A DNA stretch of 63,968 nucleotides, the filler included, from Lama guanicoe (lineage: Eukaryota): assembly GCA_013239625.1 (NCBI GenBank). It is 78 parts of 76 records of this genome, joined end to end, with 100 filler letters (N's around TTAATTAATTAA, not from the genome) between each part and the next. Parts side by side here need not be neighbours in the genome. Positions count along the whole stretch, not along the records: positions 12,434 to 12,912 come from PNXV01003294.1; positions 13,013 to 14,802 come from MU053704.1; positions 14,903 to 15,525 come from PNXV01003299.1; positions 15,626 to 16,529 come from PNXV01003302.1; positions 16,630 to 17,106 come from MU053706.1; positions 17,207 to 17,627 come from MU053707.1; positions 17,728 to 18,208 come from PNXV01003308.1; positions 18,309 to 19,126 come from PNXV01003309.1; 70 more parts are not named here. One strand, given 5' to 3'. This document shows positions 12,434-25,581 of the stretch, one piece after another (position 1 is the stretch's first letter; the number at the start of each line of letters is the position of its first letter). The position numbers were made by a program, and so were the translations under genes. Under the pieces are notes generated by a model that was not told the origin of the DNA, ran no database searches, and was given only the letters and a program-made list of their open reading frames with translations.

Positions 12434-12912
12434 GGAAGGTCTTAGCAGGTCTTGCATATATAAAAATACAGGGAACAAAGAAGCAAACAACCATAGTGAT
12501 GTGGGAACCACAGGTCTGGAGGGCTTTCCGCCTCCCTTCCTGACTCAGGTTCTTTAGAGAGTGCAAAATGACACCATAAGAGGTGAGTAAGAGCAGAAAC
12601 ACAATAGTGCAGATCAGTCCTCCATTGGCCACCACTAAGATGCCAATGACATAGGTGTCGAAGCAGACTAGATTCAATAAGGGGTACATGTCACATATAA
12701 AGTGATCAATGACATTGGGGCCACAGAATGGTAGCCCATAAATAGTGCTAAGCTGAATTACTGAATGCAGAAAACCTCCAGCCCAGGACACCACCAGCAG
12801 CACAACACACACCCTTTGCCTCATGATAACCAAATAATGCAAGAGCAAATGGCCACACAGCAGTCATAGGCCATCACCAACAGAAGGAAGACCTCTGATC
12901 CACCAAAAATGT
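12434..12912 (-). pseudogene. Olfactory receptor family 4A-like pseudogene fragment (TM3-TM6)
   Basis: Contains [29 protein letters not shown] and KALQTCGSH motifs. MAYDRY is altered to MAYDCC and followed by a frameshift (~12848, the KP of C-K-P-L is missing). Confidence 0.92.
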
Positions 12913-14902
12913 NNNNNNNNNNNNNNNNNNNNNNNNNNNNNNNNNNNNNNNNNNNNTTAATTAATTAANNNNNNNNNNNNNNNNNNNNNNNNNNNNNNNN
13001 NNNNNNNNNNNNTCTACTGGTCAGGTAATATCAGGTATCTAATGTAGACTTCTAGGGCTTGATTAATTGAAAATTTTAGACTCTTGGCTCTACGCAACTC
13101 CATGGGATTTCTGTGAGGACAATTTCTCCTAGACATTGATGCCATATCGTGTTCCTGTGTGTGTTGTCTGGTATANNNNNNNNNNNNNNNNNNNNNNNNN
13201 NNNNNNNNNNNNNNNNNNNNNNNNNNNNNNNNNNNNNNNNNNNNNNNNNNNNNNNNNNNNNNNNNNNNNNNNNNNNNNNNNNNNNCTCAGCTCTGTGCTC
13301 TATGTCATTTTGGAGTGTTCCCAAAACAGCAAACTGAGAGTGCACTTGTGATTTGTAGTGCTTCGGGAATGTCATAATGAAAGCAGATCTTCTCAGAGCT
13401 TCTCTTCTCTGNNNNNNNNNNNNNNNNNNNNNNNNNNNNNNNNNNNNNNNNNNNNNNNNNNNNNNNNNNNNNNNNNNNNNNNNNNNNNNNNNNNNNNNNN
13501 NNNNNNNNNNNNNNNNNNNNNNNNNNNNNNNNNNNNNNNNNNNNNNNNNNNNNNNNNNNNNNNNNNNNNNNNNNNNNNNNNNNNNCCTTTCCTCTTCTTG
13601 TGGTCTTGGACCACTCTTCCTTGTCCTCTCATCATTGTGGCACGGGTTCACGAAAGCAATCACAGAGGTGTTGCGCATCCTGTGCCTCAAACCAAACCAT
13701 AATCCCAGCCCAGCNNNNNNNNNNNNNNNNNNNNNNNNNNNNNNNNNNNNNNNNNNNNNNNNNNNNNNNNNNNNNNNNNNNNNNNNNNNNNNNNNNNNNN
13801 NNNNNNNNNNNNNNNNNNNNNNNNNNNNNNNNNNNNNNNNNNNNNNNNNNNNNNNNNNNNNNNNNNNNNNNNNNNNNNNNNNNNNNNNNNNNNNNNNNNN
13901 NNNNNNNNNNNNNNNNNNNNNNNNNNNNNNNNNNNNNNNNNNNNNNNNNNNNNNNNNNNNNNNNNNNNNNNNNNNNNNNNNNNNNNNNNNNNNNNNNNNN
14001 NNNNNNNNNNNNNNNNNNNNNNNNNNNNNNNNNNNNNNNNNNNNNNNNNNNNNNNNNNNNNNNNNNNNNNNNNNNNNNNNNNNNNNNNNNNNNNNNNNNN
14101 NNNNNNNNNNNNNNNNNNNNNNNNNNNNNNNNNNNNNNNNNNNNNNNNNNNNNNNNNNNNNNNNNNNNNNNNNNNNNNNNNNNNNNNNNNNNNNNNNNNN
14201 NNNNNNNNNNNNNNNNNNNNNNNNNNNNNNNNNNNNNNNNNNNNNNNNNNNNNNNNNNNNNNNNNNNNNNNNNNNNNNNNNNNNNNNNNNNNNNNNNNNN
14301 NNNNNNNNNNNNNCCTGCTTCCAGGTGTCCTGAGGCCTCATCCTGTCTTTGGAAGTAACAGACCTCTCTTCGGCAAGTGTCCTGTGCCAAGGGCTGGGTG
14401 AGTGGATGTTTCCATTGCTCTGTACATGGGAGCGAGTGAGTGCAGGTTGCACTTCTTCTCTGCCAACTGGGCTTCGATGAATCAACACTATCCAGATACA
14501 TTTCACAGAAATGTGATATTTGCTTAGCTCTTTGTTTCTATACAGCCGTGGTGGGAGGGATGGTCCGAATACACCTGTTTTGACATTGTGTTGATATCTC
14601 ATTTGCGGTCTTTAAGAAGTTTAAAAGAATTCATTTACATGTTTTGGGAGTTATATGAAAATGAAGTTATTTTTTGAAACACATTCAATCGACCTAGAAG
14701 CCAGACTTGTCAATTTTGGTAACATTTTGTCAGCTCGACCGTAAACCTAGACTGATAGAATGCAAATTAGCAGTTCAAACTGTTAAAGGGGTCATGTCAA
14801 CTNNNNNNNNNNNNNNNNNNNNNNNNNNNNNNNNNNNNNNNNNNNNTTAATTAATTAANNNNNNNNNNNNNNNNNNNNNNNNNNNNNNNNNNNNNNNNNN
14901 NN

Positions 14903-15525
14903 CCCTAACCCTAACCCCTAACCCTAACCCCTAACCCTAACCCTAACCCTCCCTAACCCAGCCCTAACCCTAACCCTAACCCTAACCCTAACCCCCTAAC
15001 CCTAACCCCTGAGTCTAACCCTGAGTCTAACCCTAAACCCTAACCCTAACCCTGAGTCTAACCCTGAGTCTAACCCTAACCCTAACACCCTAACCCTAAC
15101 CCTGAGTCTTACCCTGAGTCTAACCCTAAACCCTAACCCTAACCCTGAGTCTAACCCTAACCCTAACCCTAACCCTAACACCCTAACCCTAACCCTGTGT
15201 CTAACCCTGAGTCTAACCCTAAACCCTAACCCTAACCTTAACCCTAACCCTGAGTCTAACCCTGAGTCTTACCCTTACCCTAAACCCTAACCCTGAGTCT
15301 AACCCTGAGTCTAACCCTAAACCCTAACCCTGAGTCTAACCCTGAGTCTAACCCTAACACTAACCCTAACCCTAACCCTAGCCCTAGCTCTTACCCTGTG
15401 TCTTAACCAAACCCTGAGGCTAACCCTAACCCTAACCCTGAGTCTAACCCTGATTCTAACCCTATTCCTTGCTCTTGTTCTAGCACTAGCCCTAACCCTA
15501 TGCTGTTCCCTAATGCATAACCTAA
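14903..15525 (+). repeat. Telomeric (CCCTAA)n array with variant CCCTGAGTCTAA units, degenerating rightwards
   Basis: Directly visible. Confidence 0.97.
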
Positions 15526-16239
15526 NNNNNNNNNNNNNNNNNNNNNNNNNNNNNNNNNNNNNNNNNNNNTTAATTAATTAANNNNNNNNNNNNNNNNNNN
15601 NNNNNNNNNNNNNNNNNNNNNNNNNGACTTCATGATGTGTGAACTATATCACAATAACGCTGTTATATGAAAAACCATTTCTTGACAATTATTTTTCTGT
15701 TTATACCACTAGTCTTTCCCACAATTTAAGAAAAACAAAAAACCAAAACTAACCAAACTGTGCCAGGAGCTCTTTAGGAATCCAATGTCCCTGGGTCTCC
15801 AAGGCCTCTGGTGGTGCTGTTCCTGTTAACACACACTAGCTGGGCTTGACTAGTTAGGGATTGTAACTATCTTTTTAAAATCGATGGTCACACGTTTCAC
15901 ACTGGGAGAGGGAAGGAAGGAGGATGTCACAGACTCATGCCTTCGGCTCATTTTTAACTGAACCAAGCCCTGCTTTCAACACTGTAATCCCTCTCACTAT
16001 AAAAACACGTGACATCAACAAGCACCACCATCATAACACCTGAAAGTGTTCAAGGTACTTACGTGTGGCAGAAATACTAAGGGAGGAGACAGAAGCTCCC
16101 TCAGCACTGGCACTCCCTTTTCCCGACTCCACCAGGAGAAGCTAAGGAGAAGCTGGGCGTTATAGCCTGAGGCTCTCAGCCCAGGGAGCAGTGCCCAAGC
16201 CACTGAGCTGGTCCTCAGGGAGCGGGAAATGGAGAGCAG

Positions 16240-16529
16240 GGCAGCCCCGGTTTCGCGGGGCAGGGAAAGCGCAGGGTGGTGGGACGCGGGCTGCATCCCC
16301 TCTCGGAGGCCAGCCCCAGCCCCAGCCGCCAGGCCCGTTCGGGTCCTCAGACCCCGCCCGCCCGGGACACAGCCCGCCCAGGGGCGGGGACGGGCCGGCA
16401 GCCGAGGAGAGGCAGCCCGGGAGGAGAGGACTCGCGGACGCGAGAGGGGGAGGGGACGCCAGCTGCGGACTGAGGGGAGTCCGGCTGGGTGAGAGGCGGC
16501 AGGTGCACACCTGGCCCTGGACAGCTGTG
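16240..16529. promoter_or_regulatory. CpG-island edge with GC boxes; gene unknown
   Basis: CpG-dense, with CCCGCCC/GGGGCGGGG motifs at ~16351-16390. Confidence 0.55.
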
Positions 16530-16887
16530 NNNNNNNNNNNNNNNNNNNNNNNNNNNNNNNNNNNNNNNNNNNNTTAATTAATTAANNNNNNNNNNNNNNN
16601 NNNNNNNNNNNNNNNNNNNNNNNNNNNNNATAACAATTAATATGTTGCAACACTCTCCCTAGAAACTTGATGTGTTTGAGCTTTTCAGTTCCAATTTACG
16701 AAAAATTTAAATGCACTCTTGTTTTTAAATAGTCCTTTTTCACTAGATATTTGTTTTCATCTTTATAGTCAAAATATTTTTTCCCAATGAATGAATCGGT
16801 TTTTATGTTTTTTAAAAAACCCCACTTTTTATATTTCTTATNNNNNNNNNNNNNNNNNNNNNNNNNNNNNNNNATAATAAGGATCAA

Positions 16888-17106
16888 TTATAACTTAAAA
16901 ATGGCCTCTAATCTCACCTGGAGATACAGTTGTAAGGTTTGAAATTGAGAATTACAAGTCCTCTCAAATTGTTCTTCTATTTCAACTACGGTTCGGTTAC
17001 TGAGATCCTCGAATTCCCATATGAATTGTAGGAACAGATAGTCAGTTTCTGCAGAGCAACCCGCTGGGATTGTGATCGAGTCCACGTTGAATATATGGAT
17101 CGCTCT
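16888..17106 (-). mobile_element. Old L1 ORF2 fragment
   Basis: 'tcctcgaattcccatatgaattgtagg...ctgggattgtgatcgagtccacgttgaatatatggatc'. Confidence 0.65.
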
Positions 17107-17206
17107 NNNNNNNNNNNNNNNNNNNNNNNNNNNNNNNNNNNNNNNNNNNNTTAATTAATTAANNNNNNNNNNNNNNNNNNNNNNNNNNNNNNNNNNNNNN
17201 NNNNNN

Positions 17207-17627
17207 GCTCGACTCCCCTGGGTTTTTTCCTAATTTCTCTGTGCCAGGGAATGGTTGGGGGATTTGCAGGAAATCCCAGTGACAGAGGATGCCTCCCCAA
17301 GTTCAGGGAAGGTATTTCTCAAAATTCCTCCTAACAGGTAACACCTGTGTCAGAAGAGAGCTGCGTGGAGTTGTCTCTCGAGCTCCCCCACGCACTGAAA
17401 ATGGTTCCGGAATCCTGAGCGTGGGGAGGTTCCACCTACGGTCGGCAGCGCGTGAGTTCTAACGTAATGCCTAAGCTCGTCTCCCCTGNNNNNNNNNNNN
17501 NNNNNNNNNNNNNNNNNNNNNNNNNNNNNNNNNNNNNNNNNNNNNNNNNNNNNNNCTGCCTCCCCAAGGTCAGGGAAAGTATTTCTCGTACTTCCCCATT
17601 CAGGGAACACCTGTGTATGAAGAGAGC
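17207..17627 (-). repeat. 267-bp satellite
   Basis: Reverse complement of the monomer at 48299-49378. Confidence 0.92.
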
Positions 17628-17727
17628 NNNNNNNNNNNNNNNNNNNNNNNNNNNNNNNNNNNNNNNNNNNNTTAATTAATTAANNNNNNNNNNNNNNNNN
17701 NNNNNNNNNNNNNNNNNNNNNNNNNNN

Positions 17728-18208
17728 CCGTTGGTGGAACCTGCAAACGCTCAGGATTCCGGAACCATTGTCAGTGAGGGGGTAGCTCGAGAGAAAATTC
17801 CACGCAGCCCTCTTCAGTCACAGGTGTTCCCTGTTCGGGGAAGTCCGAGAAATACCTTCCCTGACCTTGTGGAGGCAGCCTCTGTCACTGAGACTTCCTG
17901 CAAACCCCCCTAGCATTCCCTGGCACAGAGACATTAGGAAAAAACCCAGGGGAGAAGAGCTTAGGCATTCGGTTAGAACCCAAATTGGTGGAATCTCCGC
18001 ACGCTCAGGATTCCGGAACCATTGTCTGTGCGGGGAGAGCTCGAGAGACAACTCCACGCAGCTCTCTTCAGTCACAGGTGTTCCCTGTTCGGGGAAGTCC
18101 GAGAAATACCTTCCCTGACCTTGTGGAGGCAGCCGCTGCCTTGGGAATTCCTGGAAACCCTCCTAGCTTTCCCTGGCACAGAGACATTAGGAAAATCCTC
18201 AGGGGAGA
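17728..18208 (+). repeat. 267-bp satellite (254-bp variant monomer)
   Basis: 'tcaggattccggaacc' occurs at 17751 and 18005. Confidence 0.92.
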
Positions 18209-18308
18209 NNNNNNNNNNNNNNNNNNNNNNNNNNNNNNNNNNNNNNNNNNNNTTAATTAATTAANNNNNNNNNNNNNNNNNNNNNNNNNNNNNNNNNNNN
18301 NNNNNNNN

Positions 18309-19126
18309 AAACCACAGGATCATCTCAATAGATGCAGGAAAAGCATTTGATAAAATTGAACACCCACGTATGAAAAATTCTCACCAAAGTGTGCATAGAG
18401 GGAACATAACTCAGCATCACGAAAGCTATAGATAACAAACCTACAGCCAGCATACTACTCAATGGTGAGAAGTTAAAACCTTCTCACTAAAATCTGGGAC
18501 AAAAGAAGGATGCACACTAGCAACACTCCAACTCAATATAAACTTGGAATTCCTAGCCACAGCAATCAAACAAGAGAGAGAAGTAAAAGGGATGCAAAAT
18601 GGAAAGGAAGAGCTTAAAGTCTCACTATATGCAGATAATATGTTACTATATACATAGTAAACCCTACAAGATCCAGACAAAATTTACTACAACTGATCAA
18701 AGAATTCAGCAAGGTAGCAGGTTACATGATTAAGGTACAAAAATCAGTGACTTTTTTTACGCTAATGATTCAAATAATTCTATAGAGCTACAGTCAACAT
18801 GACAGCACTGTATTGGTAGGAAAACAGACATATAGACCAATGGAACAGAATAGAGAGCCCAGAAATGAACCCACAAACTTTTGGTCAATTAATCTTTGAC
18901 AAAGAATGCAAGAAAATACAGTGGAATTAAGACAGACTCTTCAGCAAATCGTGTTGGGAAAACTGGAGTGCAGCATGTAAATCAATGAAGCTAGAACACT
19001 CCATACACATATATAAACTCAGAATGGATCAAAGACTTATACATAAGACAGGATACAATAAACCTCCTAGAGGAAAATATAGACAAAACGTTATCTGACA
19101 TAAGTCTCAATAATATTCTCGTAGAA
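18309..19126 (+). mobile_element. L1 ORF2 (RT) fragment with internal deletion
   Basis: [13 protein letters not shown] and SLYADNM motifs, then a jump to YRATV..WY and WNRIESPE. Confidence 0.95.
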
Positions 19127-19226
19127 NNNNNNNNNNNNNNNNNNNNNNNNNNNNNNNNNNNNNNNNNNNNTTAATTAATTAANNNNNNNNNNNNNNNNNN
19201 NNNNNNNNNNNNNNNNNNNNNNNNNN

Positions 19227-19962
19227 AGGGCTGGGGCTGGTACCTAGGGATCAGAGGCTGGGGGGCTGCTGAGGGGCCCCCCCATCTGAGATCCCCCGTG
19301 GGTCAGGAGCATGCCGCTCTCCAGTGGCTGGGGACTGGGTCCCATCTGAGTCCCGCCCCAAGGGTCAACTGGGGGCCCTACAGGTGCAGCAGTCCTCCAG
19401 GGGTCCCCGAAGGCTGGTGTAGGGTCCGGACCACCCCAGGGATCAACAGCTGGAGGGACAGAGGGTCCCCCCGGGGTCTGAGGGGGTGGCAGCCGTGGGG
19501 ATGGCAGGGGCCATGGGTGCTAGGCGCCCCCAGGGGTCCGTGGCCGGCAGAGGACCTGGGGCCGTGAGGACATCAGCAAGATTCGTGAGGGATGACAACT
19601 CCTGGCCGGCCGTCTCCCTCTTGCTCTCCTCTGTGGCCGTCTGCAGCCTCCGGCCATCCCCGCACCGGAGCTGCTCCTCCTTGCTCGTGGCCAGAGCCAG
19701 CTGGAGCTGCAACTCCTCCTCTTCACTGCTCTGCGGCCAGGCCTGCTCTGCCTCCGGCGGGGGCCGAGCACACGGCAGGGGCACCTGCTTCTCCTTGGCC
19801 TTGACCTCGTGTGTGCACGCTCCTCCCGCAGCCAGTCCTGTTCAGGCAACAGGGCCACCAGATGCTTGACCTTTTTGTGCACATTCCTGCCCTGGTCTTT
19901 GCCCTTGTGGTGTACGTACTGGAAGTCCTTCAGCGTCTGCACGGCCTACATGTTCTCCTTGC
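19227..19962 (-). pseudogene. EPN1: Epsin-1 processed pseudogene fragment (ENTH end, UIMs, DPW repeats)
   Basis: QTLKDFQYV..GKDQG.NV..K.K.LVALL....LREERAH, PPPEAEQAWPQSSEEEELQLQLALATSKEE, EESKRET and DPW motifs are collinear without introns. Frameshifts are present. Confidence 0.92.
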
Positions 19963-22309
19963 NNNNNNNNNNNNNNNNNNNNNNNNNNNNNNNNNNNNNN
20001 NNNNNNTTAATTAATTAANNNNNNNNNNNNNNNNNNNNNNNNNNNNNNNNNNNNNNNNNNNNTACAAATTTTAAGAGTGACCTACCCTAAAGCGATGAAA
20101 ATCTTAACTCTGGAAAATGGGAAAGCTGTTATTGACATTATTAGCATTATTAGCATTCCTATCTGGAAGTTGTGTTGTGAAGCAGTTATGAATTTGGCAG
20201 CCTTCATAAGGAATGAGCTTGGGACCTTATTAGGAAATGTATGAGCAGAAAGCTCTCATGTGCTTTGTGCAATTCAACATCTTTATCTATTCATAGTAGT
20301 TCATTATTAACCTAATGAGCTGAGAGAAAATCAATTATTTGATACAAGAAGTGTAAATGGTACCTTATTGTACAAATACACAAATTATTGTTTCTTTTTT
20401 TATGATATCATATGCACTGAAACCCACATGGAATGGATTATATATTTTATTTTANNNNNNNNNNNNNNNNNNNNNNNNNNNNNNNNNNNNNNNNNNNNTT
20501 AATTAATTAANNNNNNNNNNNNNNNNNNNNNNNNNNNNNNNNNNNNNNNNNNNNTTATTGTTACAACCCGGCCTTTGAATGGGGAATAGAACTTAAAAAA
20601 AAATAAAATAAAGAAAGAAAAGGAAAAAAAGAGAAAGAAATGACAGATTGCCAGCCTCCAACTAATACCCCAGCTAGGTTTATATACATACAAAACTTAC
20701 AACTTTAATTGGGAATTAAAAAAATACTCACTCTTTAAGTAACTAACCAGGCCTGATAAAAACAGTTTTTGGAATTCTGAACTTATAAAAACCAAAATCC
20801 CTTTAGGGAGATCTTGGATTTCTCTCCCTGTGTCCTTGAAATGTAAACGTTTTATCTTTCTNNNNNNNNNNNNNNNNNNNNNNNNNNNNNNNNNNNNNNN
20901 NNNNNNNNNNNNNNNNNNGTTTCCTTTTTTTTTTTTAAAGGAATACTTGGACTCTGCCATGCAAAAGGTACAAGTATTGTGTACATATGGTGGNNNNNNN
21001 NNNNNNNNNNNNNNNNNNNNNNNNNNNNNNNNNNNNNTTAATTAATTAANNNNNNNNNNNNNNNNNNNNNNNNNNNNNNNNNNNNNNNNNNNNTCCCCCC
21101 GACACCCAGCCTGAGACACGGGCTGGCAGCAGCGGGCAGGGCTAGGCCGCACAAGCTGGGCGGAGGACGACGGTGGCAGCACGGAGGCAGCCCCGGGGGA
21201 CTGCAAGGGGCTGGGCGCTGTGGCTGTGGGTGTACAGGACAGAACAACCTGGGCCCTCCATAAAACAGCAAGGTTGATGTGCTCTCGGGGAAGGGTGCAT
21301 TCCCCCATCTCTGAAAACCCGCGGAAATTTTCAGGGAAAGAGAGGCGGGGCTCAGGCACAGCCGCCATATCCTCCGGCACTGAGCACCCAGGCGGGAGCG
21401 GGGGCGAAACCTGCATCCGCACCGAAGGGCTTAGCAGCCTCAAAGGCCAGACTGAGACGGGCCTACAGCCCGGGGCAATCCTTCCATCTGGTCCCTCAGA
21501 GAACTTGCTCCACAAAGACAAACAAGGAGCTGGGTCTTGGCTCACAGCAGGGACAAGGCTGCCCCTTGGTCTTCCCCGAGCACACCCGTGGAGCGCCGAC
21601 CAGGGTGGAGCGCACAGCCGGACAGAGCAGCGGAGCTACCGGCGGCGCAGGGAGAGGGAGAGTGGCCCCCCGCCTGTCGGGCATGAACACAGCCCCTGAC
21701 CGAGGTTCTGGGAGGGGGCACGACCCGCCCTCCTACCTGGCCAGGCTGCAACATCTNNNNNNNNNNNNNNNNNNNNNNNNNNNNNNNNNNNNNNNNNNNN
21801 TTAATTAATTAANNNNNNNNNNNNNNNNNNNNNNNNNNNNNNNNNNNNNNNNNNNNACCCCTCTACTAGTCTCATTCCTTTACGTTTTGGAAAAACTCCC
21901 AGTGTGCAAAGTAGTTTCTTTTTCCATTTTAGGGAATTTTATCTCTCTTTTGACAGTTTTGTTTGCTAGTGTTTCTTTCATGTGACAGAGGAATGGTTTT
22001 GTTCTTTGGAAAGGCTAAGGGAACCAAATGAATATGACATTTAGGTCTAGGGCCAAAGAGAAATCAGTTTCTTCCTACCACCAGTTATGCTGCGGGCATG
22101 AAAAGTGTAAAAGTGGAAAACAGTCACCATTGAATACAGATCTTTAGAGTACTTCGTGGCTCATTTGGCCAGAATAGAAGGAGTTACAGAGAAATAGGAA
22201 AGACAACGCCTAATGTTTTCTGGAAAAAGATGGCTTTTTGTACAACTGCATGCTCTATCCCCCACGTTCTTACATGTTGCTTTTATGGAATAAAAAGTTG
22301 AGTGTGTAA

Positions 22310-22480
22310 GTATATATATGTATATTTATGTATAACATATATTGTATAATATGTGAATATATTATTGATATATTACATGATTATAATATGTGAATATATT
22401 ATTGAATGTGTATATTGAGTGGAATATATATATATATATATACACACACAATATATACACACACATATATATACCATTGA
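22310..22480. repeat. TA-rich low-complexity/microsatellite
   Basis: Directly visible. Confidence 0.8.
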
Positions 22481-22759
22481 GTATATCACAGTAATTAATG
22501 GCCATGAAGAAAATTAGTTTTCTCAGATAAAAATACCGTATGAATAGCTTTCTTTTTGGAATACAATTTTCAGAATGTTTAACTGTAATTACACCACAAA
22601 GTGCAGGTTTACGGATGATTACACAGATCTTAGGAGGAGTGATAAAGACCACTATCAGANNNNNNNNNNNNNNNNNNNNNNNNNNNNNNNNNNNNNNNNN
22701 NNNTTAATTAATTAANNNNNNNNNNNNNNNNNNNNNNNNNNNNNNNNNNNNNNNNNNNN

Positions 22760-23936
22760 TATAGAATAAAGAATACAGAACACAGATTTTAGAACAATGG
22801 AATGCAGGACAGAAGATAGAATATAGAATACAGAATTACAATGTAGAATATAGAAATTAGAACACAGTAAATAGAATATAGAATACAGAATTCAGAACCC
22901 AGAATATAGAACATGGAATGCAGAACACAGAATACAGAATATAGAAAACACAACACAGATCCCAGGATTTAGAACATGGATTTCAGAACTCAGAATTTAG
23001 AATACAGAATACAGAATAAAGAGTGTAGAATACAGAGTGTACAACACAGTATATAGAATAAAGAATACAGAACGCAGAATATAGAATGTAGAATACAGAA
23101 TTCAAAACCAGAATTTAGAACACGGAATGCAGAACAAAATTTAGAATATAAGAATACAGAATGTAGAATACAGAAAGTAGAATACACAATAACGAATATA
23201 GAATGAAGAATATAGAATGTAGAATCTAGAATGTAGAACACAGAATATAGAATACAGAATGCAGAATAGAGAACACAGAATTAAGAACATGGAATTCAGA
23301 ACAAAGAATTTATAAGCAGAATACAGAATATACAATATAGAATGTAGAATACAGTTTGTAGTACACAAAATATAGAATATAAAATACAGACTACAGAACC
23401 CAGAAATTAGAACATGGAATTCAAAACAGAGAAATTAGAATATTCANNNNNNNNNNNNNNNNNNNNNNNNNNNNNNNNNNNNNNNNNNNNNNNNNNNNNN
23501 NNNNNNNNNNNNNNNNNNNNNNNNNNNNNNNNNNNNNNNNNNNNNNNNNNNNNNNNNNNNNNNNNNNNNNNNNNNNNNNNNNNNNNNNNNNNNNNNNNNN
23601 NNNNNNNNNNNNNNNNNNNNNNNNNNNNNNNNNNNNNNNNNNNNNNNNNNNNNNNNNNNNNNNNNNNNNNNNNNNNNNNNNNNNNNNNNNNNNNNNNNNN
23701 NNNNNNNNNNNNNNNNNNNNNNNNNNNNNNNNNNNNNNNNNNNNNNNNNNNNNNNNNNNNNNNNNNNNNNNNNNNNNNNNAGAACACAGGATAAAGAATA
23801 TAGAATACAGAACAAAGAACCCAATATGCAGAAAATGAAATGCAGATCATAGAATATGAAATAAATTATACAGAATATACAATGTAAAATAGAGAAATTA
23901 GAACACAGAATATAGAATATTGAATACAGGATACAG
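22760..23936 (+). repeat. AGAATAT-heptamer satellite
   Basis: Same motif family. Confidence 0.95.
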
Positions 23937-24899
23937 NNNNNNNNNNNNNNNNNNNNNNNNNNNNNNNNNNNNNNNNNNNNTTAATTAATTAANNNNNNNN
24001 NNNNNNNNNNNNNNNNNNNNNNNNNNNNNNNNNNNNTTGCAATGCTGATTCTATTTTAATGAAGACATAATGAGCAAAAGGTTACATTCAGACACTGGAG
24101 GTTCCCACCTTCTTTTGCCTCTAGGATCTTTGTCTTCATAAGATGTATGGTTTGCTGTCACATGACTTATGCCTCTCTTCTCTGTGTATGTCTGGCTAAC
24201 TGCCTGCTGTAACATGTGCACCTCTATTTTTTTTTTGTAAGTTTTCTGGTTTAAGCCCTCCCCCCCACACACACACACACATATTGCACCACCATCCACA
24301 TTCCATTTCTTGTGTAGGGGAGGAAAACTTATTCCTCCCCCTCTTAGGTTCTCTGACTGGGTCTGAAATTTAAACTGACAAAGATTAATAAGAAAAAAGC
24401 ATATACATTTATTTAATATAATATAANNNNNNNNNNNNNNNNNNNNNNNNNNNNNNNNNNNNNNNNNNNNTTAATTAATTAANNNNNNNNNNNNNNNNNN
24501 NNNNNNNNNNNNNNNNNNNNNNNNNNAAAAAAATAAGATCACAGGGAAAAGGGAACTACATTTAGATGGTAATTACATTCATTGCTGTTTTTCCCCTTTG
24601 GGGCATTTAATTCTGAATGTGATAAGTAAGCTCAAACAAAGCAATAGCCACGTAAACATTGGTGCAGCCACACAAGGACACGGGATCATAGTCCAGGATT
24701 GAAGTTCAGGCCTACTAAATATGCCAGGACTGATTCTGGAGAAAATGGGATTATAGAGAAGTGATATGCATTCTGTGTGCAGATTTTCCTTCAGATATTT
24801 GCTAATGCTAAAGTTGTGTGTGTACAGAACAATATTCAAAAGAGAAAAAAAACTTAAAGGAATTAAAAAGAGACAAAAACTTAGCAGATAATTTTGTAA

Positions 24900-25481
24900 A
24901 GTCACAGTTATGAGAAGACAGTTTTCAGAAAGGTAGAGAATTTCAGTTAAGATGTCAGACATGCTACACTCTAAAATTAAGGGTAAACCAGAACTATGGA
25001 TCAATCTGATATGCCTTTACTTTATGAGTCTTCAGAAAGAAAAATAATTCCTCTTTGAAGGAACATAATATCATCCAGAGAGTCTACATTATCACATAAA
25101 TAATGTTTAGCATTTAATCAAAACTTCCTAGAGGTGCTACCAAAAAGTACCAAATAACTGAAATTGACAAGTAAAAAAGACAATTAAAAGGCCACAAGTA
25201 AGCCAGATGTCACCAAAAACAGAGATCTAGTTTTTAAAGAGTCAAATGGAAATCCTAGAACTGTGAATAAAGCTGAAATTTTAAAATTTAATGCATATGT
25301 TTAATAATTGAAAATAGAGGTTTAGTAAAATGAAAGATAGGTCAATTAAATAATATTCAGATTGAAGTATTTGGAGACAAATGAATCAAAACTAAATAAA
25401 AACATATGAGATATGTAGAGCACAATGAAAATTACTAACATATTTGTAATTAGAGCCCTAAGAGGAAAGAAATAGAAAGAA
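24900..25481 (+). mobile_element. Old L1M ORF1-region fragment
   Basis: 'tcaaatggaaatcctagaactg...gaaagataggtcaat...ctaacatatttgtaattagagccc'. Confidence 0.5.
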
Positions 25482-25581
25482 NNNNNNNNNNNNNNNNNNN
25501 NNNNNNNNNNNNNNNNNNNNNNNNNTTAATTAATTAANNNNNNNNNNNNNNNNNNNNNNNNNNNNNNNNNNNNNNNNNNNN

